A stretch of 64,000 bases of DNA from assembly GCF_000142905.1 (NCBI RefSeq), contig NW_013657621.1, positions 1 through 64,000 on the forward strand. The letters run 5' to 3'. The notes under the pieces are model-generated. The model was not told where the DNA came from. It worked only from the letters and a program-made list of their open reading frames with translations, and did no database searches. Shown here one piece after another: positions 44,516 to 56,500 of the stretch (within the stretch, counting starts at the first letter, position 1; every line of letters starts with the position of its first letter). Origin of the DNA: Thecamonas trahens ATCC 50062 (lineage: Eukaryota; Protista; Apusomonadida). Position numbers and translations under genes: made by a program.

Positions 44516-46039
44516 TTAGGCGAGCGAGGGGTCGGGAAAGCCTGTGAGGGTGAGGACGATGGCGATGACAGCGCGAGTGGTGGTGGTGAGCTGGCCGTCG
44601 ACGTCGTAGCCCGGACGATCGAGGATGTCGCCCTCCTTGTGGTACATGGGGTCGCGGATCCAGTCGCAGTTCTCAAACACGCCCGAGGCCGGGTACTGCT
44701 TGCGGTTGAAGGAGGCCTGATCGGCGCAGCAGACGGGCGAGTAGCAGACGGAGACGTGCGGCTCGTAGAGCGCGATGACGGGCATGAGGATCTCGTTGAG
44801 GACGGCGTTGGAGTCGCGCTGGAGCAAGGCGATCTCCATGGTCTCCACTTCGGGCGGGCGGTAGGCGACCATGTCCGAGTTGATGTACGCGATGATGTCG
44901 TCGCCGGAGTTGTCAGCCCGCCCGGCGTACGCCTTGGAGCCGCGGCGGCCCTGCTCTTCGCCGGACCAGAAGCCAATGCGGACGGTGTAGTTGAGGGTGA
45001 CTGGCGAGGAGGCGAGGACGCGGGCGACCTCGAGGTTGAGCGCGGTGCCAGAGCCATCGTCGTTGGCCCCGGGGGCCGGATCTGTGGGCGACGAGACGTT
45101 GCGCGAGCGCGAGTCGTAGTGCCCGCCGATGATGACGTACGAGGTGTCGAAGCGGCCTGGAAGGGTGGCGATGACGTTGGGCGAGTATCTGTCGCTGTAA
45201 GGCCAGTACTCGACCTCGTACCCGAGAGTCTCGAGCTCGTGCACGAGCCAGTGAGAGACCTTGATGGCGTCGTCCGAGTACGAGTTGCGCGTCACAATGG
45301 TTGACGATACGCCGGTGAGGTACTCGAGTGACGCCCGGAGCTTACCGGCGTCGACCTTGTTTGCCATGCTGACGATGAACGGATCCGGCGTGGTCTTGGT
45401 GAGCATCTTGTCGCGGATGGCGGTCAGCCGGGCCTCAGCGTGCGCCGGCAGCGTCTGGATTGGGCCGTCAATGACCGAGACCTGGGCGTCGACCACGGCA
45501 GCAAGTTGGTCGTCGAGCAGAGCGACAGCAGGCGAGTCGAGGCCAAAGAGAGCCATCGCCGGGGTGCGATAGAGGGCATGGCAGCCGACTACGGCCTCGA
45601 CCTTGCGGCCCCACGCATCTGCGCTCTCACGCCCGTCCCCGGGCACCATCTCGACCAGCACAAGGCTCTTGTTCGCCGCCTCGCCAAAGTACTCCTCCAC
45701 GGCACGTGTGACGACCGTCGCGGGATAGGCGAGGTGCTCACCGCGCGACGCTGGCACGGTTCCGATGGTCACGTCGGCGAGCTCGAGGTAGGGGGTGATG
45801 ATGGAGAGGAGAGCGGCGACCTGCGCCGATGATGCGTGGTTTTCTGTGGTTTGATTCAAATTGTTGGCATGTGCCGGAACCACACCACCCGCATGTGCCA
45901 CTCGCCCTGTCTCCGGCCCACCCGCCGCACCAGGGGTAGGCACAGCCACGAGGATGGGCGCAATGGAGGCGCAGCAGGCGGCGGTGCAGGGGCAGGCGGC
46001 GAGGAGGAGGATGGCCAGGGAGTGGGGGGTGCGGGGCAT
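44516..46039 (-). CDS. Secreted M28 family metallo-aminopeptidase (~507 aa)
   Basis: Signal peptide MPRTPHSLAILLLAAC; motifs GGHYDS, APGANDDGSG, SGEEQG, INSDMV, DQASF and YHKEGD. A short intron near the 5' end is possible. Confidence 0.92.
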   Translation of the reverse strand: MPRTPHSLAILLLAACPCTAACCASIAPILVAVPTPGAAGGPETGRVAHAGGVVPAHANNLNQTTENHASSAQVAALLSIITPYLELADVTIGTVPASRGEHLAYPATVVTRAVEEYFGEAANKSLVLVEMVPGDGRESADAWGRKVEAVVGCHALYRTPAMALFGLDSPAVALLDDQLAAVVDAQVSVIDGPIQTLPAHAEARLTAIRDKMLTKTTPDPFIVSMANKVDAGKLRASLEYLTGVSSTIVTRNSYSDDAIKVSHWLVHELETLGYEVEYWPYSDRYSPNVIATLPGRFDTSYVIIGGHYDSRSRNVSSPTDPAPGANDDGSGTALNLEVARVLASSPVTLNYTVRIGFWSGEEQGRRGSKAYAGRADNSGDDIIAYINSDMVAYRPPEVETMEIALLQRDSNAVLNEILMPVIALYEPHVSVCYSPVCCADQASFNRKQYPASGVFENCDWIRDPMYHKEGDILDRPGYDVDGQLTTTTRAVIAIVLTLTGFPDPSLA

Positions 46040-46100
46040 GTGTGTGAGGGGGGGGTGGAGGGGGGAGAGGAGTGGCTGGTGGAGGGGTGGGAGTGGTGGG

Positions 46101-46500
46101 AGAGGTGGTGGTGGTGATGGTGGTGGTGGTGGTGGTGATGGTGATGGTGATGGTGATGGTGATGGTGATGGCGAGTGGTGATGGTGAGTGGTGATGGTGG
46201 TGGCAGTGNNNNNNNNNNNNNNNNNNNNNNNNNNNNNNNNNNNNNNNNNNNNNNNNNNNNNNNNNNNNNNNNNNNNNNNNNNNNNNNNNNNNNNNNNNNN
46301 NNNNNNNNNNNNNNNNNNNNNNNNNNNNNNNNNTGGTGGTGGTGATGGTGGTGGTGGTGGTGGTGATGGTGATGGTGGTGGCAGTGGTGATGGTGATGGT
46401 GGTGGTGGTGGTGGTGGTGGTGGTGATGGTGATGGTGATGGTGGTGGCAGTGGTGGTGATGATGGCAGTGGTGTGGTGGCCATGGTGGTCATGGTCGTGG
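46101..46500 (+). repeat. (GGT/GAT)n simple repeat spanning an assembly gap (46209-46333)
   Basis: GGTGGTGATGGTGAT... on both sides of the N run. Confidence 0.95.
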
Positions 46501-46598
46501 CCATGGCCCGACAGTCCCAACAACCAAAGGCAGGCGGATTTGGCCAAACTGACACTTGTCGCTGACCAGCTGCAGCCGTCAGTGCGGGCAAGCGGGGG

Positions 46599-48715
46599 AT
46601 GGCGGCAACACATGAGGACAAAAGTCAGAGGTATGATGCGTTGCTCTTCGTACAAGGGGTATCCGAGCGGTTGCGGTCGTACGGTGTCTACCTCTCGCAG
46701 GAGGAGCTCGGACGTGCTCTCGACTCGGCGGGCCTCTCAACCGAATCGGCCGCAGCCGCCGCAGCCGCTGGTCGACAGATCGGCGGCAAAGACGGGCTCG
46801 ATCTTCTGCAGGCGGTGGTTGCACCGCTCCGCACCTCGCTTGTAGACTCGCTTGGCTTGGAGGTCTCGGACGCATGTCTTGTTACTGCTGTTTTTGGTCG
46901 CCCTGACATGCCCGCTGTCGCGCGGGATGCTGCCCAAGGTCGCGTGGCGGCCCGTGACGGCAACGTCTCGGTCGACGACTTTGCCGATGCCATGTACGAG
47001 CTGTTTGATGAGCATGGTGGCGATAAGCCGGGCGGCGATCGGTCGGGCGCAGGGAAGGCCCGGTTCCAGGACGCCGCCCGCCGCGTCATCGCCAACCGCC
47101 ACAAGCCGCGGTCGACGACTTTGCCGATGCCATGTACGAGCTGTTTGATGAGCATGGTGGCGATAAGCCGGGCGGCGATCGGTCGGGCGCAGGGAAGGCC
47201 CGGTTCCAGGACGCCGCCCGCCGCGTCATCGCCAACCGCCACAAGCCGCAAGCATCGCTCGCCAACACGTCGGTCGACGACTTTGCCGATGCCATGTACG
47301 AGCTGTTTGATGAGCATGGCGGCGATAAGCCGGGCGCAGGAAAGGCCCGGTTCCAGGACGCCGCCCGCCGCGTCATCGCCAACCGCCACAAGCCGCAAGC
47401 ATCGACGGCAACGTCTCGGTCGACGACTTTGCCGATGCCATGTACGAGCTGTTTGATGAGCATGGTGGCGATAAGCCTCGCTCGCCAACACGTCGGTTGA
47501 CGACTTTGCCGATGCCATGTACGCGCTGTTTGATGAGCATGGCGGCGATCGGTCGGGCGCAGGAAAGGCCCGGTTCCAGGATGCCGCCCGCCGCGTCATC
47601 GCCAACCGCCACAAGCCACAGGACACATCGGTCGACGACTTTGTGGACAGCTGTCTGCCCCGCCGCAGTCACAAGCGCCACCGTCAATCGCGCGATCGCC
47701 AACATTGTCACCCTCATCGTCGTCGTCGTCGCTCTCGCACATATCCTCAGGCGAGGTCACCCACTCCCATGTTCCCCGACTGTCCCGTCCGCTTCAGCGC
47801 CTCGTCGCCTTCCTCGTCGACGCTCTGCACCTTGATGACGAGCCAGCGTTCTCGCCCCTCATCCGCCCGGTCTCCGAGCTCCGTGATCTGGCCGACTTTG
47901 CTACCGCCCCTGCATCGTTCTCTCTCGCTGCTGTTGCCGTCCTTGGCGTCGATCTCGGCCGTGCGCTCCCGCGCAACCTCTCCAAACCGGCTCTGGTCGT
48001 CGATGCGCTCTTTGCCTATCGCAGCAAGTCTGAGGAGAGTGACAAGGAGCTGCCTGCTTCCGCAGATCCTGATTTTGCTTCTGCCTCGCGCATCTCGCTC
48101 TCTCCCCAGCAGCCCGCATCGCCGGACATGTCGGTTCTATCGGACGCCAACCTCTCGCTCGCTCGTGAGCTCATCGTCGCCCAGCACGAGTACGCTGCCA
48201 CCGTCTCGCTGCGCCAGGCCGAGGCTGAGCGCGCCTATCGTCTGCGTCGCGAGCAGAATGACCTCAACTACCGCATCGCCCAGTTCCGCGCAGCAACTGC
48301 CTCGCTTGCTTCCTCGCCGCAGCCTGGCCTCCCGCTCTCGCTTTCGCCCATCGCCCCGCCGGTCTCGATCGCCTCGGCTTCACCGGCTCCGTTCTACGTT
48401 GCCCCGTCTACGTCGCCTCCGGCATCCCCTGCTTCCGGCCCAGCCCCTCCTCCTGCTGCGCGCTCATCTCCGCCAGCTGACACATCAGCTGACACTCGGG
48501 TCCCGTGCTCACCCTCGCCCCAGAAGGTGTCCACCGCAGCCATCCGCCCGTCGCCGCCGCCATCCGACTCGGAGCTGCGCATGGCAACGTACCTCGGCGA
48601 TCGTGAGCTGCGCATGCAGCGAAACCTTGCTCTCATGACCGGAAGCGGGAGCCCAAGCCTATCGCTCAACTCCACCACACCCGGCTCGTTCCTTCCCCAC
48701 CTTGCCCGCCGTTGA
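46599..48715 (+). CDS. Protein with EF-hand-like ~47-aa repeats and a Ser/Pro-rich, coiled-coil C-terminus; broken by several frameshifts (gene, pseudogene or mis-assembly)
   Basis: DGNVSVDDFADAMYELFDEHGG..RFQDAARRVIANRHKP occurs in successive frames (ORFs 46599, 47132, 47440, 47517), then continues into ORF 47705..48715. Confidence 0.55.
46965..47645 (+). repeat. Imperfect tandem repeat of a ~140-bp unit, 4 near-complete copies plus partial copies
   Basis: GTCGACGACTTTGCCGATGCCATGTACGAGCTGTTTGATGAGCATGG recurs at ~46971, 47111, 47274, 47419 and 47496, with a remnant at 47631. Confidence 0.95.
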
Positions 48716-48884
48716 GGCAGCCGCGTCCCGGTGGAGTGCGCTCCGCTGCACTTTGCAGTTTTGCAAAAATTGTGCGACTCGGGCACACCCGCAAGGCACA
48801 CATAAAACGCCGATAGCTTCTCCTTCCACTCAACTGTCGCAGACACACACAGTCCTCCCTTTTGTCTCGCCACTCATCACCGCC

Positions 48885-49325
48885 ATGCCTGTTGATCCCC
48901 GTTCCCGTGACGCCCTTGAGTGCTCCAGCGAGCGCGAGTGGCGCTCCCGCGTCCGTTGCGCAGCCGCCAAGCGCCGGCGGAAGATGGCACGCACTGCACA
49001 GAAGGAGGGTATGACTGCCCTTCGCCCCTCCCCCAAGGCTGCCCGCAAGTCGGCTGACACGGTGTTCGGCCATGCTGCCGCTGTCCCGGAGCCGCCGACC
49101 AGCCTACGCGCCCCGCCGTCCGTCTCCGCCCCGCCATCTGTCCTCGGCCGCTCCGCGCACACCTGCAGCGGTCCCGACGACGCAGATGCTGTCCGTCGTG
49201 CCTTGGCCAAGATTCAACACTGTTTCCGCGGCGAGCGCAGTGGAGCCCGTCACCATCGGGGCTCTCGCTACGCCGCCTGCTCGGACGTCACGCCCTTCTT
49301 CCCAGACACCACCACCCACCTCTAA
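48885..49325 (+). CDS. Small basic hypothetical protein (146 aa), paralogue of the next ORF
   Basis: N-terminus MPVDPRSRDALECSSEREWRSRVRCAAAKRRR shares a motif with ORF 49514; GCCATG start context. Confidence 0.65.
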   Translation: MPVDPRSRDALECSSEREWRSRVRCAAAKRRRKMARTAQKEGMTALRPSPKAARKSADTVFGHAAAVPEPPTSLRAPPSVSAPPSVLGRSAHTCSGPDDADAVRRALAKIQHCFRGERSGARHHRGSRYAACSDVTPFFPDTTTHL

Positions 49326-49333
49326 ACGCCCCG

Positions 49334-49334
<1 letters not shown>

Positions 49335-49386
<52 letters not shown>
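49335..49386 (+). repeat. (CA)n microsatellite
   Basis: CA repeat about 10 bp after the stop codon at 49325. Confidence 0.97.
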
Positions 49387-49387
<1 letters not shown>

Positions 49388-49513
49388 GCTGATGCCCTCC
49401 CTCTTCTCGCATCTCGGCACCGCCTCGAGTGTGCCGTCGGTCGTGCTTCCGATTGTCCATAGTTTGCGCGATTGCACTGTCCTGCCGTCACACACACCTG
49501 ACTCGCCGTCCCC

Positions 49514-50095
49514 ATGCCCATCGATCCGTCGTCACCGTACGCAAAGGCCTGCGACTCCCATGCAGCCTGGCGCACTCGGGTACACCAAGCCGAAACCCGT
49601 CGCCGCCGCACGCGCTACCGTCGCCTCGAGGCCCCTGCTGTCTCGCCATCGCCGCCGCCGCCGCCACCACCGCTTGTCACACATGCCACACCTAAGCCGA
49701 CCCGGCGTGCCGCCATCGGCCGCTCGGCGCGCATCCGGCGGTCGCCGGCCAGCGACGACATCGCCAGTTTTGATACCTCAGACGATGAGTACAGTACCAG
49801 CGATGATGAGAGCAACGTCCCTAGTTGTGAGTCTTCCAGCAGCAGCGACCTGCCGCTCTTGCCGCCCACTCCAGCGCGCACCGGCGTCGCTAGGGAGATC
49901 GACTCGTGGCGTGGCCTTGTTGTCGGGTACGCCTCCCTGATGGCCAAGTCCGGTATGCAGACCTCCCGTCACCATGCTGCTGTGCAAGTAATGCTCGCTG
50001 AGTCATGCTTCATACAAGCATCCAGCGACTCTGCTGCTACTCCACCTCCCATGGCGCCCATCGGCTACGACGACTTCACCAGCGGGTTCTTTTGA
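49514..50095 (+). CDS. Small hypothetical protein (193 aa), paralogue of the previous ORF
   Basis: N-terminus MPIDPSSPYAKACDSHAAWRTRVHQAETRRRR. Confidence 0.65.
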   Translation: MPIDPSSPYAKACDSHAAWRTRVHQAETRRRRTRYRRLEAPAVSPSPPPPPPPLVTHATPKPTRRAAIGRSARIRRSPASDDIASFDTSDDEYSTSDDESNVPSCESSSSSDLPLLPPTPARTGVAREIDSWRGLVVGYASLMAKSGMQTSRHHAAVQVMLAESCFIQASSDSAATPPPMAPIGYDDFTSGFF

Positions 50096-50103
50096 TGCAC
50101 AAC

Positions 50104-50140
<37 letters not shown>

Positions 50141-50177
50141 ACGCACACGCACACGCACACGCACACGCACACGCACA
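50104..50177 (+). repeat. (CA)n/(GCACAC)n microsatellite
   Basis: Directly after the stop codon at 50095. Confidence 0.95.
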
Positions 50178-50522
50178 AGCATGCATTCATTCCTGATCGT
50201 GGAACAAACAAACCCTCTTTCAACTCAATTCAGTCGTACCCCTCTCAATACCGACAGAAACCGTCTTCGTACGCAGTCATTGCAGCACCCCCCCCCCCCC
50301 CCCCCCCCCCTCCCCAACCCCTCAACCCTCAACCCCTCTCCCCTCTCCCCGACCCCTTCTCCCACCTGTCGCATCCGCGTGGCAACACGCATCCCATTTT
50401 TTTGGGGGGCAACTGTGACGTCCTTGACGTCACACTCAGCACAGACTAAAACACGGCTTCCATTTTCTGGCCGTCATGCAGCAGCTCACACACACCTCTC
50501 TTGCTTCTCTTAAGACACCGGT

Positions 50523-53500
50523 ATGACCTTTGACGCCAAGCTTCTTCAAGCCCTTCTCGAGGGGTACACGGGGGACGACCATGATTTCGATGATGCCATC
50601 GATGTCTGCGACGAGCTGCTGGCTGACGCCGACGACGCCGACGAGTTGGACGACAACTCGGCCCTTGCTACCATCGGTCGTAACAACCTCATTGCCAGCG
50701 CTTTGACCAACGACAGCCGCGATATTTTCCCCTTTGCTAAGGAGTGGAAGTCGCTGTTCTCGGAAGAGACCTCCCTGTCAGCCGACATTCTTCTGCTCGC
50801 CACCATCGCCGCGGCCACCCTGCCGCCCCAGGCGCTGGTCGACGGACTGCTCCGCATGTTGGTCGGCGGCTCGTCGGTCCGGACCGCAGCCGTCTTTGAC
50901 TTTGTTGCCGAAATCGTGGGCACTGTGGGGAACGGGCTCACACTTAGCTCCATTGTGACCAAAGCTGCCGAGCGCGGGCTCTCGTGGGACGTCTTCTACA
51001 CCATCGCCGACGCCTTTGACGTCGCCTCGCGCCTCGCTGTGGCAGATCTGGTCCGTGAGGTGACGGCCAACGAGATCCATCTCCAGCTGCCTCACTCTTC
51101 CACACCGTTCTTCTCCCACTTTGCTACCCTCTTCGTCGACAACGACAACGATAACGATGACGCCCTCGCCGGTCTCCTTGCTTTTGTCCGCGGCGAGATG
51201 CACGGCATCCGTCCTCTCATCTCGGCCATGCTTGAAGCTGCAGCGGCGCCGGACACGGCCTTTGATCTCGTCGAGCAGGCCAACCTGAGTGGTTTTCCAG
51301 AGTCCGATCTCGTCAAAGCCCTCCACTACGCGCTCATTCTTGGCTTCTCTAACGTCCTCGGCACGGGCAAGACCGTCAACGACAACATTGCCCTCGCCCA
51401 GCATGTTGACTCCATCCGTCGCTTTGTGCCGGCCATCTCGCTTGCTCAGCTGGCCTCGGCCGCCACCGACATCGGCGACGACGCCGGGCGAACGCGTGCG
51501 GCCGACGCGGTAGTCGACACGCTCGTCAACGTGCTTGACCTTCTCACGGCAAAGGTGCGCGGGTCGTCCTTCAAGCTCGATGTCCGCAGCTCGCCGTGTG
51601 TTTCCATCTCCCCGCGACCTGGTGACGCGCCTGGCTTGGCGGTCCATCTCCCGCCGGTCGGCGTCTTCTCCATCCAGAAGCCGATCTTCAGGGGTTGCAC
51701 CAGTCGGCTGGAGTGGAAGCCAGTCCAACCCAGCATCGGCTTTGGGCCTGATGCCTACGATCATGGCGAGGACGCTCACGCCGTCGATCCTGTTCTCCAG
51801 TGCCTGACCATCTCTGAGCTGGTCTCCTCCGTCCACAACATCACCATCACGCTCCGGGTCCGCCCCCTCGACATCGAGGTCAACGTCAACTTCTACAAGG
51901 CCCACGGCATGGTCCTGCAGGTCATCCATGCACCGAAGGGCTTTGACGTCGTTGCTCCGACCCGGCTGGACGAGATGCGTGATGGGATCATGGCGTTTGT
52001 TGTCCCTCAGGCCGCGGCCGGCGGGCTGCGCGCGGGAGTGCCATCGCTCCCCAGCGCCCCGCTTGCCATCTCCAAGTTCAACTCGCCGATGGTGAGCGAG
52101 GTCAAGGAGCTTCTGGCTCGACTTGAGCCGGAGGATGGCCCAAAGAGCGGGGTCTTTAGCATCGATCCACACCTCAAGGCGCTCCTCGCGGTCTTTGACC
52201 ACTACCCCAAGCCGGCCCGCCTGCACGAAATCGCGCCCAACAACATCGACGAGGTGTGCAAGCAGCTCCAGGCCCACGCGCCATCGATTGTCACCTACCG
52301 CCTCCTGCGGCTGTGTGGTCTCTCACGGAGCCACATCCAGCAGCTGGTCAACCTCGCTCCCAACCTGGCTACCAACCGCCTTGTCCTGCTGCCGGATCCG
52401 GATCTCCTGCCCATCATCCGCTCCGTCGCCCGCGTTAACAGCGCCATCGTCTTCGCCGCCTCGCTCCGCGATGACGCCACCTTTGAAATCGTCGCCTGCA
52501 AGCCAAACACCCCGCTTGGCGCTGCTCTCTCTTCTCCTCCGGACCCTGAGCTGCTTCAGCCGCGCCCGCCAAACGTCGTCTCAGTCTCGGCCGCCTTTGA
52601 TCGCATCAGACTCGCCAGCAAGCTCGACCCCACCGAGCTGATCGACTCGTCAACAAGCGCAGGCAACTCTGTCGCCTGCCAAGCCATCACCAGGTCCATC
52701 ATTCCGATCGTCATGCGTGGCAACTCGCCGCGTGACATCCTCGAGACATGCGCAAAGTCGAACGTCGACAAGACTCCCTTTGCTGCCATCGTTTCCACCT
52801 GGGACTCGTTGTCGGCCGACAAGCTCAACCTCGCAGCTGTGCTCGGCCTCGACAGCAACATCCGTGTCGTGTTTGTGCCCAATGCCGATCAGACCAAGCC
52901 GGCCACCGTGATGAGTCTCGCTGCTGCTGCTGCTAGCGATCGTCCCGGGAGAGAGCGACTCCGCGTTGTGGTCGTTCTCTGCTTTGCACACACGCCCGAC
53001 GTCCAACTCCTTCACCCGCGCGTGGTTCTGCCGTCCGGCGCCGTGGTCCGAGTCAAGCTGGATCTGATGCGCGTCGCGCTTGCGCCCTCTGACGATCATT
53101 CCCATGCGCCAAAGTCAACCGAAGCGCTTGCCGCCAGCGCCATGATCGCGCTCTGCGGTCCTCACACCAACACTGATCTCTCGGCTCCGCACTCTGGCGT
53201 CAATCCGGCAGTCCACGCTGCGGTCATGGCGGAGTTTTATGCCGCCGACGTTGCAGCCTCGTCGTCGCAGGCCTCAGTCGAGGTGGACGCCTCGGACGAG
53301 CCTGGCGTTGGCCGGGCCCGCCAGATCGCTCGTCTCGTCAAGACCATCGTCGCCTGCGGCGCGGACAACAAGGTCATAGTCCCATCGTTTGCGGACTTTA
53401 CCGTCGCCAACCCGCACTTGGCCACGCTGCCAGCCGCAACGCGCGTGGGAATGTGGCTCCGACAAACGGCTGATGCGGTGCGGGCCCACATCTCCGACCG

Positions 53501-56500
53501 CGACATCTCTAACGCCGTCGCCGATCTGGTCAACGTCGTATCATCGACCAACGTCCTTGAGCTTGCCTCGGCCATTGGCATGGCCACCGGCGACGCGCCG
53601 GGCTACTTTGGCGTCTTTGGCACCTCGCAGAAGATTGCCAGTCTGAGCGAGCTCCACCTCCGCGGCGGCAACCTCGACTACGTCAGCATCACCAACGCCA
53701 TCGCCGATGGCGCAGTCGCTTCGGCGCGCGCTTTGGCAGACGTTGCCGCTCACTCACCGAGCCCGCTTCACATCCTTCTCATGGTCCCACCGCAACGCCT
53801 TGCCCGTATCCTCTCCGCGGCCACGGCCGATGGCCACAGCACCATCCTTGACATGATTGCCGATCTCGGCCTTGCCTCGGGTCTTCGTACCACTGCTCTC
53901 GGCCCCTCCTCTCACCCAATCATCCCGCGCAGCTCTCGGCGGCGCTCCTTGCGTGGGCGGCAACAATCTGGCTCGAAGACGAGCTCGAGCTCACTGCGGC
54001 CACCATCAGCACCATCGTCGACCCGATCATTGCTGCCGGCATTTCTCTCTTCTTCCCGAGCAGGGAAAAGGCTGACGAGAGCCACTACTACAGCCTCCTC
54101 GTCCGCCACCTGGTCGCCACCGGCATTGAGCTGCCGGGACAGCTGCAGCAGATCGTCATGACCGAGACCCTCGACTCGATGCATCTAGGCGCCGAGGAGA
54201 AGGTGATCATCGGCCAGAGCTTTGTAAGCCTCTGCCTCTCTGTGCCGGACAGCCAAGCCTTCCCGCTACGCCGGGATCTCATGGGCTCATTCGCCGAGTA
54301 CAACGAGCGCTCTGCCTCAGAGGCCGGCGCCATCATAGACAAGTATCGCCTCGTGGTGACGAGCGAGGCCACCGTGGCCTTGCTTATGTTGCGGCGCGAC
54401 GACGACGCGGCCAGCTTCTACTGTTTTGTCCAACATCCTGCTCTTCTCGCGCGGATGGGCGCGGGAGACGCGCTGCGGACGGTCGTCGCCCCGCTCGTCA
54501 CTGCCGAGCCGACAAGCGCGTTCCGGCTCGTCCTCGCCCTCATGCACAACATCGAGGTCATGAGGCAACTCAAGAGCGAAGCCGACAATGCCAGCAGCTG
54601 CTGGGCCGCAGACATCATCGATGCGGTTGACCGGCTCCGGATGGCGTCAGAGTGCGGCTTCCTCCTGCCGCCAGCCAGTGACCTTATGGCCCTTGCGCGG
54701 AAAGTGGCTGCCGATCCAACCACCGTCATGACCACCGCCGTCGACGAAGGCAGGGCACTGTTTGAGGTCCTCGCGTTCAAGTTTGCGATCTCGGATGAGC
54801 TGATGGACAGCGATGGCGAGCAAGTGGACAAGGACATTCTCGACACCGCCAAGTCGTTCCACAAGCTTCTGCACCCGGATCTGTGGGCATTTGCGCAGGC
54901 ACAGTACATCGGCCATGAGTTCCGGCTACTCCATGCCATGGCATGGGCGATGAAGCTTGACGAGGTGGACGAGCCGCGGATGCCAACCGCGCCCGACGAT
55001 CTGATACTGCGCCGGTTCTGGGCCTTGGCAGACAAGCTGCCTGAGGTGCGCGCTGCGCTCAACACCGCCACCACTCGCGACTTGCTCTTGACACCAGTGC
55101 CGGCCACCAAGTACCTTCTGGCCGGCCATCATGCCGTCCTCAGCGCCGGCGAAGTCAACGCGCGAGTTGCGTCCGGCCCGATCTCCGCAGACGGTTCCAG
55201 CCTCGTGTCGCGGATCGAGACCGAGTGGATGACGCTGCCCGGGAGGAGCAACAGGCACGACCGGGACAGGTTGTGCTTCGGCCTGCCAAAGACAACGGCG
55301 GCACCCGCAGATGAGGTGATCCGTACCCATCGTCAACAGCTTCTCTCCAGCGCGGCGGCCGGCCTCGTGCTCGATGGCGCCTGGAACGGCTTTGATCTTG
55401 GCTCGGGCGTGTCGGCGTTGTCGGTCGCTACCAACCTGGTGTTCCTTGCCAGGGCGCTGGGCGCAAAGTACGAGACGTATCCATTCATGTCAGGCGAGGA
55501 ATCGGAGAAGATGGTCATGATCTCCAAGCCCGCAGCACTGCTTGAACCGGAGATGCTCGGTAATCTGGAGGTCCTGGTCACGATTGGCTCTGATCCGGAG
55601 GAGATGCTGGCGACGATCGTCGATGAGCTGTCGAGCACCAACCTGGTGGTCGACGCCGAGCTGTCCAAGCTGAAGCACGCCACTGATATCAAGGCACTGC
55701 TGACCGAGGACGAGCGGAAGAGTGGCTTTTTTGCTACTCTCAAGCGCTTGTGGAACAGTATGAGTTCAAAGGCGGCGAGGGCTGCAGCGGCGAAGGTGGA
55801 GGCGGCGCGGACGACCGCAGACGGCATCGCGGCCTCGCTGACACAGTGGTACTCCAAGGCGGTGTGTGACATGTACTACGCACTGCTCGTCATGGAATGG
55901 TTCCACAACACCGGCTTTGATCTTGGCGCTGTCGTTGCAGCGGTCTCCGAGCATGTCATGGGCGACGGCGACGGCGACGTCAACGATGCAGTGCGCGCCA
56001 TTGGGCACGGCGCCAGCATGTGGGCCAAGCACTTTGGGTCAAAACCGTCACACACGGCGGCCGAGACCATCTGCGCCGCCGAGGCAAGGGACTGGCTCCC
56101 GATTGTGGTCAACCACGGGACGGCGCCGACCAGTGGCCATGCGGGGCTCTTTGAGTCCTCACCGGCATCGGTGGCGTGGACAGCGCGCGTCCTCCTTGGT
56201 CCGGCGGCGATGACCTTTGGCGCCATGCGCGAAGACGACATCATGGCCTACAACCAGCGCACCTGGTTCTCGCGGGCAGCCAATCACGCCGCGGTAGCCA
56301 TTGCTGCGCTTGGCGACGACGACACGGCCGTGCTGGAGCTTGTGACGGGGATTTACGCAAGCGTTCAGCTCATGAACAGCGACGCACACACGCTGGCGTA
56401 CGGCCGGATGTTGGCTGATGCAGTTCTCGCGCAGGCCTCCGCGAGCGCGCCCCTGCTGCGCACCGCGCTCCGCAACTTCCCGCCCCCGATCCGGCGCAAG

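Noticed and set aside
46040-46621. Pro-rich N-terminal extension of the M28 peptidase
   Set aside because: A simple repeat read across an N-gap. A signal peptide starts at 46039.
54855-54885. J-domain in the giant protein (FHKLLHPD)
   Set aside because: Only the HPD tripeptide matches; the flanking J-domain helices are not recognisable.
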